Assembly: GCA_031285625.1 (NCBI GenBank)
Contig: JAITVV010000094.1
Span: 1 to 25,948, forward strand
Source of the DNA: Prevotella sp.
GTDB lineage: Bacteria > Bacteroidota > Bacteroidia > Bacteroidales > Dysgonomonadaceae
Reading direction: 5' to 3'
DNA: 25,948 nucleotides
Under the pieces are notes generated by a model, which saw only the letters and a program-made list of their open reading frames with translations, did no database searches and was not told where the DNA came from. Shown piece after piece: positions 16,081-25,651 of the stretch (position 1 is the stretch's first letter; each line of letters starts with the position of its first letter). The position numbers and the translations under genes were made by a program.

Positions 16081-18783
16081 ATGAAGAAAAAAATTTTACT
16101 CTGTTTTATCGGAATCAGTTTGGCACTCACTATGTTTGCTCAAACGGATAATTATGGGGCGGGTGATGCGAATATACGTTTCCAACCATCACTGGGAACT
16201 TTAGGGGGAAGAACTGATTTTGATTATCTGAATCTCAAAAATCATCCCGGAAATAGTGGTGTACCTCTAGGTGGTATTGGAGCCGGAAATGTACAGTTCG
16301 CTCCTGATGGTCGTTTTGCCCGTATTGCGATAAACAATATCCATTTACCCATCAAGAGAAGTACAGCTTCTTTCTTTTCAGTATGGTACAATAACGGAAA
16401 AGAGAAGAAAGCTATAAGATTAGTAAATGACCAGGAATCTCAATATGATATGGCTTCTGTGCCGGAGATTTACTATAAAGGCCTTTTCCCTCAGACTGAA
16501 ATGAATTTTGGTAATTCTATTCCCGGAACAAAGATCAATATTCATGCCTATTCATCCTTGATTCCGCATGATGTGAAGAACTCAAGCCTGCCGGTAGTAT
16601 TTTTTGACGTTACCCTACAGTCGGAAACAGATAATGAGATCGCAATTGCTTTCTCTTGGGAAGATTTTATAGGACGCGGAATAAAAGAACCCGTAAGCAT
16701 AGAAGGTATGGACGGACAGATATTCAGTCATGGAAGAGATCCTCTTTGTAATGGTGAGAGATGGCCCGACCGTCCTCTGGAACAAACATTCTCTGAGAAG
16801 TGGGGTTGGACAAATCTTTCGGGCATACGCCAATTTGCAGCAAAACCATTAAAACCTAAACGGGCAAATTTTCAGAATTATGTAGATGAGGTTGTATTAC
16901 TCGCCGAAAAGAGTGAAGGTACAGAGCTTTCTGTACTACCCTCTTATAATATCAATAACGGAACTTTAGCTTGGAAAGATTTCAGGGAAAACGGACTCTT
17001 TGGTAATTCAGATAAGAATGTATCATACTTATCTACCCCAGATCAGCAAAATGGAGGAAGTGCTGTTTCATTGAAAACAAAACTGAAAGCAGGCGAGAAA
17101 AAAACTTTACGATTTATGCTGGCCTGGTATTTTCCCGAAACAAAGGTTGATAGGAATAATGATATTCCTGAATATTATTGGACAGGCGGTAGTGATTATG
17201 GACGTTATTTTCACAACTATTTCAATAGCCTGACGGCTCTTGTCGAATATGGTTACGAGAATAGGGATTACTTACTTGACAAAACGCAGGAGTGGCAACA
17301 GCCGGTGATGAACAGTACAATGCCCGACTGGTATAAGTTTAAACTAATAAACAGTGCCTATGTGATCTACACCAATATGATCCTGAATAAAAAAGGAGAC
17401 ATGACTGTAAACGAAGGCGGAATGGGCGGTCTGGCCGGAACAATGGATCAGCGTATAGCTTCACATCCTTTCTATCAGAAGTTTTTCACTCAGCTCGATC
17501 GTTCCGAGATGGATATTTTTGCCGACTCACAACAATCGAAAGGGAATATTACGCACTTTATAGGACATTACTATTTTGGTATGGGTACAGTCGGAGGACG
17601 TATTCCTACCGAAGACAGCTGGATGATAGACAATACGGGAGGATGGATCATTCAATTGGCTAAAGATTACCAGCAGACCGGAGACTTAAAATACCTGAGA
17701 CGACATGTAGGACGGGTACACGATGGAATGAGTTTCCTAAAATCGCTGATGCCTGAAAATCTTGAAATACCTATAGGGCCGACTACTTATGACGACTTTA
17801 CGCATCCGCCTGTATACAGCTATGGAGCAAGTATTTATCTTGCTACCTTAAAAGCGGCTTCGGTAATATCACAAGCTGTTGGCAATGCAGAGAAAGTAAA
17901 AGAGTATGATGAGCAGTTCGTCCGCACACAGAGAGATATGATCCGCACACTCTGGAACGGCAGGTTTTTCTCTTATGGTTGTGAAATCGATGGTTCGGGA
18001 AGGCTTGATAATATTTTATTCACCGGGCAGTTAGGCGGGCAGTTCGTTAGCAGATATTGTGGCTGGGGGGATGTAATTCCTATGGATATGGTAAAAGCTT
18101 CGCTTGTATCCCAGTTTAAAATATCATTATCAAAAACGCCTGATTATTATGCGAATAAAGTATGGGATATCAATCAAAATAGGGGTATAGATATGAGAGG
18201 ATCGCAATGCTGGCCTTTCTATTTGGAAAGCTATACGGGCTACAGCGCTATGCAGGCAGGATATTATGCTGACGCCCTCAATATAATGAAACATATTCAG
18301 TTAGTTCATCTACGTAAAGGATGGACCTGGTGCCAGAATCTTTGGAATCCGGCAGAGCTTTCGTATATGACTGCTCCGGTAACATGGTTTTCTACAGATG
18401 TACTGGCAGGAGCAGGTATAGATGTTCCAAGACAAGAGCTAAGATTGTCACCAACTGTTGAGGGAAAAGAAAAAGTTATATTACCACTTTTCTATCCCAC
18501 TTTCTGGGGACAGTTAAGCATAGATCCCTCAGCAAAAAAAATAACATTGGAAATAACCAAAACATATAATAGCAAAGTTATAATCTCTAAAATTATTTCG
18601 GAGAAAGATGGTGAATCTACCGATAAAAGACGAATAATAGATATTCCCGCATTTGAGATAAAAGAAGGGAAAACGTTGGATCTATCTCCTTATTGGAACA
18701 ACATTGTACAAACAAAAACAGAAAAGGCAGTTCTTCCACATGCCGACAATGTAGATTTTATAACGGTAAAATATCAAGAATGA
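16081..18783 (+). CDS. GH116 family glycoside hydrolase, exported
   Basis: Signal peptide ...TMFA-Q; GH116 N-terminal 'GVPLGGIGAG..DGRF', 'IPHDVKNSSLPV', 'FMLAWYFP'; candidate catalytic 'NEG..GTMD' and 'TTYDD'. Confidence 0.82.
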   Translation: MKKKILLCFIGISLALTMFAQTDNYGAGDANIRFQPSLGTLGGRTDFDYLNLKNHPGNSGVPLGGIGAGNVQFAPDGRFARIAINNIHLPIKRSTASFFSVWYNNGKEKKAIRLVNDQESQYDMASVPEIYYKGLFPQTEMNFGNSIPGTKINIHAYSSLIPHDVKNSSLPVVFFDVTLQSETDNEIAIAFSWEDFIGRGIKEPVSIEGMDGQIFSHGRDPLCNGERWPDRPLEQTFSEKWGWTNLSGIRQFAAKPLKPKRANFQNYVDEVVLLAEKSEGTELSVLPSYNINNGTLAWKDFRENGLFGNSDKNVSYLSTPDQQNGGSAVSLKTKLKAGEKKTLRFMLAWYFPETKVDRNNDIPEYYWTGGSDYGRYFHNYFNSLTALVEYGYENRDYLLDKTQEWQQPVMNSTMPDWYKFKLINSAYVIYTNMILNKKGDMTVNEGGMGGLAGTMDQRIASHPFYQKFFTQLDRSEMDIFADSQQSKGNITHFIGHYYFGMGTVGGRIPTEDSWMIDNTGGWIIQLAKDYQQTGDLKYLRRHVGRVHDGMSFLKSLMPENLEIPIGPTTYDDFTHPPVYSYGASIYLATLKAASVISQAVGNAEKVKEYDEQFVRTQRDMIRTLWNGRFFSYGCEIDGSGRLDNILFTGQLGGQFVSRYCGWGDVIPMDMVKASLVSQFKISLSKTPDYYANKVWDINQNRGIDMRGSQCWPFYLESYTGYSAMQAGYYADALNIMKHIQLVHLRKGWTWCQNLWNPAELSYMTAPVTWFSTDVLAGAGIDVPRQELRLSPTVEGKEKVILPLFYPTFWGQLSIDPSAKKITLEITKTYNSKVIISKIISEKDGESTDKRRIIDIPAFEIKEGKTLDLSPYWNNIVQTKTEKAVLPHADNVDFITVKYQE

Positions 18784-21107
18784 AAATGAAAAATAAAATA
18801 GCGAGAAATATTGGGATGTGGTTACTTGCAGGTATATCTGTGTGGGCAACTCCGGTTGCCGCACAGATATATAAAGATCCTAAAGCCCCGGTAGAAGATC
18901 GCGTTGATGACTTGTTACAACGTATGACGTTGGAAGAAAAAGTGGAGCAGATGGGTATGACCGGAATAAGAAATTTTGGCCAGTCATCAGCTGTCTACGG
19001 AGTTTGTGAGAGTCCGTTTGAAGGTCTGGAGCTCGTTGCTGAACTATCTGCTAAAGCAAAGAAACATGCACGCGAAAATACCCGTTTGGGTATTCCACCT
19101 ATTCAGATTGCAGAATGCTTACATGGAGTTTTAGCTTATGGTGCAACCATCTATCCGCAGGCTATTGCACAGGGAAGTACATGGAATCCTCAACTTATAG
19201 AAAAGATGGCGGCAACTATTGCAACCGAAGCATCGTCAGCAGGTGTTGACCAAGCTTTGTCTCCATTATTCGACCTGATACGGGATCCCCGTTATGGAAG
19301 AAACGAGGAATGCTATGCAGAAGATCCTTATCTGGTTGGAGTGATGGGTTCGGCTTTTGTTACAGGAATGCAAGGCAAACCGGATGAAACGAAGAAAGGT
19401 ATCCCTGCAGGGAAACTAATGTGTACAGCCAAACATTTTGCAGGATACAGCGTACCTTGGGCAGGAATCAATCTGGCTCCGGCCTCTTTGGGGGAACGTG
19501 AGTTGAGAACATTACATCTTACTCCTTTCGAGATGGTGGTAAAGGATGCGAATGTATATTCTGTTATGCCATCTTATAATGAGGTTGACGGAATCCCTGC
19601 TCATGCCAATGAGTTTTTACTGAAAAAAGTATTGCGTGATGAATGGGAATTTGACGGATATGTATTTTCCGACTATGGAAGTGTTTCCCATCTGTATAAT
19701 TTCCATAAAATAGCAAAGGACAGGCCTGAAGCAGCAATACATGCATTAAAAGCAGGGGTAGATATGGAAGCTGCACGTCCTGACGTTTATCCGCATCTGA
19801 TTCAGCTGGTGAAAGACAGTAAGATTTCGGAAGAACTGATAAATGAATCGGTACGGCGGATTCTGAGAATGAAATTTAAGGCCGGCTTATTCGAAAAACC
19901 TTATGCTGATCCTGCTAATGTAAAGAAAGTAGTGCATATGCCGGAGCATGTTTCTTTGGCGCAGGAAATAGCAGAAGAATCAATAATACTTCTGAAAAAT
20001 GAAAGTAATCTCCTGCCTCTGGATAAAAAAACACTTCGCAGCCTTGCAGTTATAGGTCCGAATGCCGATCAGGTGCAATACGGAGATTATAGTTATACTC
20101 GCGATAATAAGTCAGGAGTAACTGTTTTGGAAGGGATAAAGAAGTTAGTTGGCAACGATGTTAAAATCAACTATGCTAAAGGTTGCGGAATTACCGATTT
20201 AAGCAAAGATGGATTTGCAGAAGCTATTCATGCAGCAGAGGCAAGCGATGCCATAGTTGTTGTTTTAGGAGAGACAAGTGTTATTCTTTCCGGTTTGGGC
20301 TGGGGTAAAGGTCCCGGAGAAGGTGAGATACAAGACCCATTCACTACAGGTGAGGGGTATGACCTTACTGATATTAATCCTATCGGTGTACAACGTGATT
20401 TACTACAAGCCTTGAAACAAACCGGAAAACCAATAATTCTTGTTCTTGTTCATGGCCGTCCGTGGAGTATTTCATGGGAAAAAGACAATATTCCTGCAAT
20501 TTTGGAAGCATGGTATCCCGGAGAACAGGGCGGAACTGCCATTGCAAATATCCTGTTTGGCAACGTTAATCCATCAGGAAGGTTAAATGCAACATTCCCT
20601 CAATCGGTAGGCCATATCCCTGTATTTTATGACTATAAGCCATCTGCAAAAGGGATAAACCGTCAACCGGGAACACCTGAAAAACCGGGAAGGGATTATG
20701 TATTTTCATCTCCCGATCCTTTATTTCCATTTGGTTTTGGGTTATCTTATACTACATTTGAATATTCAGACATGCAAGTCTCTAAAAGTGTATTTGGAAA
20801 AGAGGATATAGAAGTGTCGGTAAAGGTAACCAATACAGGAAAGCAGACAGGAAAAGAAGTTGTACAGTTTTATATAAACGATAAAATAAGTACTGTAACA
20901 ACTCCGGTAATGGCTCTCAAACGTTTCCGTAAGATTGAACTAAAGCCGGGGGAAAGTAGCTGGGTTACATTCAAGTTATCTTATAAAGACTTAGGACTTT
21001 GGAATACTCAGATGGAGTTTGTAACTGAACCGGGCGAGTTTGAGTTTATGTTTGCTAAATCAGCAGAAGAAATCGAATGTAAACAAACCGTAACGTATAT
21101 AGATTAG
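18780..21107 (+). CDS. GH3 beta-glucosidase/xylosidase-like enzyme with Fn3-like C-terminus
   Basis: ATG 18780 overlaps the GH116 stop (ATGA; alternative ATG at 18786). Signal ...PVAA-Q; RDPRYGR, AKHF, VFSDY (nucleophile Asp), WYPGEQGG and PFGFGLSYT motifs. Confidence 0.95.
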   Translation: MKMKNKIARNIGMWLLAGISVWATPVAAQIYKDPKAPVEDRVDDLLQRMTLEEKVEQMGMTGIRNFGQSSAVYGVCESPFEGLELVAELSAKAKKHARENTRLGIPPIQIAECLHGVLAYGATIYPQAIAQGSTWNPQLIEKMAATIATEASSAGVDQALSPLFDLIRDPRYGRNEECYAEDPYLVGVMGSAFVTGMQGKPDETKKGIPAGKLMCTAKHFAGYSVPWAGINLAPASLGERELRTLHLTPFEMVVKDANVYSVMPSYNEVDGIPAHANEFLLKKVLRDEWEFDGYVFSDYGSVSHLYNFHKIAKDRPEAAIHALKAGVDMEAARPDVYPHLIQLVKDSKISEELINESVRRILRMKFKAGLFEKPYADPANVKKVVHMPEHVSLAQEIAEESIILLKNESNLLPLDKKTLRSLAVIGPNADQVQYGDYSYTRDNKSGVTVLEGIKKLVGNDVKINYAKGCGITDLSKDGFAEAIHAAEASDAIVVVLGETSVILSGLGWGKGPGEGEIQDPFTTGEGYDLTDINPIGVQRDLLQALKQTGKPIILVLVHGRPWSISWEKDNIPAILEAWYPGEQGGTAIANILFGNVNPSGRLNATFPQSVGHIPVFYDYKPSAKGINRQPGTPEKPGRDYVFSSPDPLFPFGFGLSYTTFEYSDMQVSKSVFGKEDIEVSVKVTNTGKQTGKEVVQFYINDKISTVTTPVMALKRFRKIELKPGESSWVTFKLSYKDLGLWNTQMEFVTEPGEFEFMFAKSAEEIECKQTVTYID

Positions 21108-21111
21108 AATG

Positions 21112-21816
21112 TCACCAGTTCAGCACATGAATAGCATGGCAAGCTACTAATGCTGCTGTTTCTGTTCGCAAACGGCTTTCACCTAACGATATGGGTTGAA
21201 AGCCGTTTTTTATGGCTTGTTCAACCTCTTTTTCGGAGAAGTCTCCTTCGGGACCTATCAGGATAAGAACGTTTTCTCCTTTTGCGTAAGCATCCTTTAA
21301 TGTCTTTTTTCCTTCAGGATAGCAATGTGCAATGAATTTTTGTCCTTTAAAATCCTGCTCTATAAATTTTGAAAACGATTGCATTTCATATAGCTGGGGA
21401 AGTAATGCTTTTTGTGATTGTTTCATCGCTGAAACCAGTATCTTTTCTATACGTTGAGGTTTTATCTCTTTACGTTCCGAGTGTTGACAAAGGATAGGGG
21501 ATAACCGATCTATTCCTATTTCTGTCGCTTTTTCGGCAAACCACTCTACACGATCCATATTCTTAGTCGGTGCAAAAGCAATATGGATATTCGGATTCCA
21601 ACCTTTTGGTTGCTCTATTGTCTTTAAGATATTAACAATACAATGTTTGGGGTTAGCCTGTATAATTTCAGCATCATAAAAAAAACCTTTTCCATCGGTC
21701 AGAAGAATTTCATCTCCCTCTTTTTTACGCAGCACTTTTACGCAATGTTGAGCTTCTTCGACAGGTAGCTCAGCATTACATAATATATCAGGGGTGTAGA
21801 ATATTGTTTTTTCCAT
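21112..21816 (-). CDS. rsmE: 16S rRNA m3U1498 methyltransferase
   Basis: HCVKVLR, EKATEIG, IGPEGDFS and LGESRLRTETA motifs; start MEKTIF at 21816, just after the upstream stop. Confidence 0.95.
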   Translation of the reverse strand: MEKTIFYTPDILCNAELPVEEAQHCVKVLRKKEGDEILLTDGKGFFYDAEIIQANPKHCIVNILKTIEQPKGWNPNIHIAFAPTKNMDRVEWFAEKATEIGIDRLSPILCQHSERKEIKPQRIEKILVSAMKQSQKALLPQLYEMQSFSKFIEQDFKGQKFIAHCYPEGKKTLKDAYAKGENVLILIGPEGDFSEKEVEQAIKNGFQPISLGESRLRTETAALVACHAIHVLNW

Positions 21817-21818
21817 CC

Positions 21819-22913
21819 TTATATTGTATGGTTCAACCAATTATCAATCTCCTCTTGATCTAATATTTTCTCAATTTCAATACCTGCTCTCAGATTCCTG
21901 AATGTACGTTGGATTGAAGAAGAACGGCTATATGAAGGAGTACCTAGTAAAATCACACGATAACCCCTATGAATAGTTATATTGCCTGGTGTCCCTTCAC
22001 CCCATATCCAGCAGTTGCTAAAGCCTTTTGCCTGCGATAGGTTTTCTTTATTATTTATAATTTTTTGCCAATCTTGTTCTTTGCATAGTTCAAGATTGTA
22101 CATGTTCCATTTACCGGTCACCGATTTCTGATCCAACTGCTGCGGACCTTCTCCATTGAAAACTCCCAATATATCTTCGGGTATAGCAGATTTATCATCA
22201 TTAAGAAAAGGGATACCCATTAACAGATATTGGAGTTGATTATTGTAAACAATTCCATTTATCTTTCCTTTAAAACCAATACTCTTATCAATGTCTATAA
22301 CCACAACAGGTTCATCAAAAAAGACTCCGAACAGTTCATTCAGCCAATAGCAGCCTTCGTTATTTTGTCCTACAAAAGCTACCTTATCGGCAAGCCGTAC
22401 CTTTGCTGAAAGGAAGTTATCCTTATTTACAGAAAATACAGAAATGGCGCAAGCATAAAATTTGTCGAGGGCAACTACTGCATTATATGCTTCCTGGCTG
22501 ACCTTACTTCTGTCAGAGACAAGATCTGCGAAAGTTTTATTTATTATCCCATCTCTTTTTTCATCGTCCTCTTCATTTATTTTACTTATTTCAGAGAAGA
22601 GCGATTCATAAAATATTTGTGAACGATCGAGAAGATTGTCATAAAAATCAATCAGAGGGTGTAAAATTGAATCGCTGGGAAATCCTCTTTCTACAAGGTA
22701 TCCACATATTATTGTAGCTGTGGCTGCCCGTTCCATATCAGAAAGGCGATGAAGGTCAAACACTTTTTTCATGAAAAGTATAACCTCTTCCTCATTGCTG
22801 TCGCTCAGGTATTTATAATACTCCTGTAATGAGTTGTTTATATCCTCTTTGGAAGAAGACGGGGACGACATTACTTTTATAAATATATCTGTTGCGTTTT
22901 GTAGTTCCTGCAT
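21819..22913 (-). CDS. Hypothetical cytoplasmic protein, 364 aa
   Basis: Long ORF tightly packed between xpt and rsmE; no signal peptide or TM segment; function not recognised. Confidence 0.8.
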   Translation of the reverse strand: MQELQNATDIFIKVMSSPSSSKEDINNSLQEYYKYLSDSNEEEVILFMKKVFDLHRLSDMERAATATIICGYLVERGFPSDSILHPLIDFYDNLLDRSQIFYESLFSEISKINEEDDEKRDGIINKTFADLVSDRSKVSQEAYNAVVALDKFYACAISVFSVNKDNFLSAKVRLADKVAFVGQNNEGCYWLNELFGVFFDEPVVVIDIDKSIGFKGKINGIVYNNQLQYLLMGIPFLNDDKSAIPEDILGVFNGEGPQQLDQKSVTGKWNMYNLELCKEQDWQKIINNKENLSQAKGFSNCWIWGEGTPGNITIHRGYRVILLGTPSYSRSSSIQRTFRNLRAGIEIEKILDQEEIDNWLNHTI

Positions 22914-22937
22914 TTTGATTGGTATTAGAAAATTGCC

Positions 22938-23507
22938 TTAGTCTTCAAAAACTATCTTATTCTTTCCCAGTTCTTTGATCTTAGCTAGAGATTCTACATG
23001 GATACCCAGGTCGCGAAGGCGCTGACCTCCATCCTGGAAACTTTTTTCGATGATAAAGCCCATTCCATATAATTCGGCTCCCGATTGCTTGATAAGTTCA
23101 TTCACACCTACGGCTGCATTGCCATTAGCTAAAAAGTCGTCAATAAAGACAACTTTATCATCCTTGGTTAAGAAATCTCCACTAACAGACACGGTATAAT
23201 CCCTGTCCTTAGTAAAGGAGTGTATGGTTGTAGATAGCATGTTAGCCATCGTTTTAGGTACAGCCTTCTTTACGAATACAACGGGTAACTCTAATAAATA
23301 GCCTAACATAATAGCAGGGGCAATACCGCTCGCTTCTATGGTTACCACTTTATTTATAGGTAGGTTGCCAAAACGGCGAACAAATTCTACTCCTATTGAT
23401 TTCATCAGAATAGGATCCATCTGATGATTGATAAAACTATCTACTTTGAGGATTCCCCCTTCAAAGCTTTTTCCGTCTTTGAGAATACGATCTTTCAGTA
23501 GTTTCAT
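22938..23507 (-). CDS. xpt: Xanthine phosphoribosyltransferase
   Basis: [26 protein letters not shown] motif [10 protein letters not shown] and IEKSFQ. Confidence 0.95.
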   Translation of the reverse strand: MKLLKDRILKDGKSFEGGILKVDSFINHQMDPILMKSIGVEFVRRFGNLPINKVVTIEASGIAPAIMLGYLLELPVVFVKKAVPKTMANMLSTTIHSFTKDRDYTVSVSGDFLTKDDKVVFIDDFLANGNAAVGVNELIKQSGAELYGMGFIIEKSFQDGGQRLRDLGIHVESLAKIKELGKNKIVFED

Positions 23508-23525
23508 TGTAAATAATGTAATTTA

Positions 23526-23542
23526 AAAGGTCAGTGACCTTT
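23526..23542. repeat. 17-bp inverted repeat between the permease and xpt
   Basis: AAAGGTCA-G-TGACCTTT, perfect 8-bp arms. Confidence 0.6.
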
Positions 23543-24935
23543 ATTCTTTAATACGGATAACAACATTTGCAATAATAGCCACAACACCTCCGGTAGTAAT
23601 ACCAGATGAGAAGATACCACTTATTGTTGCCGGCATCTGTGAAAGGATATTAGGTACCAGTTCAACTCCCAGTCCGCAAGCGAAACTTACGGCTAAAACC
23701 AATATAGCTTTCCTGTCGATATTCTGGGATGCAATAATACGTACACCCGAGGCTGCCACAGTACCGAACATCAACAGAGTAGCTCCCCCAAGAACAGGTT
23801 CGGGCATAATAGAAAATATACCCCCTACAAAAGGGAATGCGCTTAGTATTATTAGAAATCCGGCGATATAATATCCTACACGGCGACTGGCAACACCCGT
23901 CAATTGTATCAATCCGTTATTTTGGGCAAAGATAGAATTGGGGAAAGAGTTGAAGACACCGGCTATAGCAGAATTGATACCATCAGCCAGTACACCACCT
24001 TGCACACGTTTCATAAATTTAGGACCTTCGATAGGCTCTCCTCCAATCATTGAATTTGCTGTTATATCTCCATAAGCCTCAATAGATGTAATAAAGTAAA
24101 TAAGTGCAACAGCGATAAATGCCGAAACATCAAAGCCCAACCCATACTTGAATGGCTGAGGTATTGTAACGGCTCCAAACTCACCCATCTGGCTAAAGTC
24201 TACCCAGCCCATAAAGTAGGCTACGATATAGCCTATTACCAGCCCTATAATAATGGAGCTCATGCGGATATATTTATTTCTTATGCTATTAAGGATCAAT
24301 ATAGAGACAAGTACAAGGGCAGCCAATCCAAGATTTTGTAGACTACCAAAAGATCTGGCCGAATCCACAGCCGGATCTATAGCCATTGCTCCGAATCCAC
24401 CACCACAAGATATAATTGCTACTTTAATCAGAGACAAACCTATCATTGTTACCACAATACCAGAGACAAGAGGTGTTATAATTTTCTTTGTATATTTTAG
24501 TAAACGGCTTACAATCATTTCTACAGGGGCAGCGGCAATACATACGCCAAATATGGCAGCCAGGATAGCGGCTTCTCCCATATCTCCTTTTGCTGCAAAA
24601 CTGGCTGTAAGTGCTCCGATAAATGAAAAACTTGTTCCCTGTACACATAATAGTCCACAACCTACAGGTCCGAACCTTTTACACTGGATAAATGTAGAGA
24701 TACCAGAAGCAAGCAAAGCCATAGATACGAGGAATCCTGTAGTCTCAGCAGAGAAATTCAGTGTTTTGGAAATAATCAGAGGAGGGGTGATAATGGCTAC
24801 AAATATAGCCAGAAGATGTTGTAGGCCTGCAAAAGCAGCCTCTTTGAAAGGGGGATTGTCCTCTATCTGATAAATAAGATCTGTTTTTTGTATAGGTTGG
24901 ATGATCTCATCTACCTCTTTTTCTGTCATTTCCAT
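23541..24935 (-). CDS. NCS2/NAT family xanthine permease (XanP/XanQ-like)
   Basis: N-terminal LQH, NAT signature FAQNNGLIQLTG and PVLGG; adjacent to xpt. Confidence 0.93.
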   Translation of the reverse strand: MEMTEKEVDEIIQPIQKTDLIYQIEDNPPFKEAAFAGLQHLLAIFVAIITPPLIISKTLNFSAETTGFLVSMALLASGISTFIQCKRFGPVGCGLLCVQGTSFSFIGALTASFAAKGDMGEAAILAAIFGVCIAAAPVEMIVSRLLKYTKKIITPLVSGIVVTMIGLSLIKVAIISCGGGFGAMAIDPAVDSARSFGSLQNLGLAALVLVSILILNSIRNKYIRMSSIIIGLVIGYIVAYFMGWVDFSQMGEFGAVTIPQPFKYGLGFDVSAFIAVALIYFITSIEAYGDITANSMIGGEPIEGPKFMKRVQGGVLADGINSAIAGVFNSFPNSIFAQNNGLIQLTGVASRRVGYYIAGFLIILSAFPFVGGIFSIMPEPVLGGATLLMFGTVAASGVRIIASQNIDRKAILVLAVSFACGLGVELVPNILSQMPATISGIFSSGITTGGVVAIIANVVIRIKE

Positions 24936-24956
24936 CGAATTGTGTTTTTTATTTGT

Positions 24957-25625
24957 TTAGCCAACTGTACTCATTGAATCCATATTGAAATTATAGGCTT
25001 CCTCAGCAGGAATCACTTCTTTATGAACTTTATTTATATCAACCCCTTCTTTTGTCCATAGAAAAGGGTAAAAGCTATATGTATAATCGGGATGTAAATT
25101 TTCTATATCTTTTTGCCAGTTATTCCATCGCAGACCCGCGTAGAAATCATTCATATTAGTCTCAAAACAGAACAGTAAGAATTGGCTGTATCCGATTTCC
25201 ATAGGAATCCATTTCAGCATATCCGGAGCAAAGTAATACATGTCACCCATATCCTGGCCAAAAAATCCGCCATTGATTGCATAAAACCCACCAATGGCAT
25301 CGTCAGCTACTAATAAGTATGGAGCAGGTTCACCAAATTCAGAAAAAGTTTTACCTATATTCCAGTCGGGTAGGGTTCTTTTCATCCTGTGCGAGCCTGA
25401 ACCAAGAATTCGAATCCATCCATTATCGATAAGTAGACCTCCTGTATTATAAATGATTGCCCCCATTAAAGAGCGTGTGGTTACTTGCGTATTTATAAGG
25501 GCATTTTCGGCTCGCTGCGACTCACAAGGCAGAATTTCCACTTTGTTTTTGGCCAAATCTATCCATTCTTTAATAATAGGCCAACCCGGTTCATCAGTAT
25601 TTACGAGCTCCTGCAGTGTGCGCAT
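24957..25625 (-). CDS. DUF2625 family protein
   Basis: 'MRTLQELVN..PGWP', 'QVTTRS.MGAI...GGLLIDNGWIRILGSG', 'LVADDAIGGFYAINGG' and 'YYFAPD' match the family. Confidence 0.85.
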   Translation of the reverse strand: MRTLQELVNTDEPGWPIIKEWIDLAKNKVEILPCESQRAENALINTQVTTRSLMGAIIYNTGGLLIDNGWIRILGSGSHRMKRTLPDWNIGKTFSEFGEPAPYLLVADDAIGGFYAINGGFFGQDMGDMYYFAPDMLKWIPMEIGYSQFLLFCFETNMNDFYAGLRWNNWQKDIENLHPDYTYSFYPFLWTKEGVDINKVHKEVIPAEEAYNFNMDSMSTVG

Positions 25626-25643
25626 GGGTGTTTATTAAAGGTG

Positions 25644-25651
25644 CAAAAGTA
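25644..25651 (-). promoter_or_regulatory. -7 element for the DUF2625-permease-xpt-hyp-rsmE operon
   Basis: TACTTTTG(C), 18 nt upstream of ATG 25625. Confidence 0.7.

Larger units (their letters stand above)
8753..21107 (+). other. ECF-sigma/anti-sigma-regulated polysaccharide utilisation locus (sigma, fecR, susC, susD, GH116, GH3)
   Basis: Six co-oriented genes in canonical PUL order, flanked by opposite-strand genes. Confidence 0.92.

Noticed and set aside
18693-18779. Track start for GH3 at 18693 (similarly 4794 for truA, 21840 for rsmE, 10542 for susC, 6221 for the hypothetical)
   Set aside because: These extensions overlap upstream genes or regulatory elements; downstream ATGs give proper signal peptides or translational coupling.
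7189-19776. Short ORFs nested in or antisense to AraC, nucleosidase, fecR, susC, susD, GH116 and GH3 (including 11896..12189 +)
   Set aside because: Fully overlap strongly supported CDSs and carry no independent motif or signal.
7868-24935. Functional link between the PUL and the flanking nucleoside/purine genes (nucleosidase, xpt, permease)
   Set aside because: They are on the opposite strand with separate promoters; proximity alone is not evidence.
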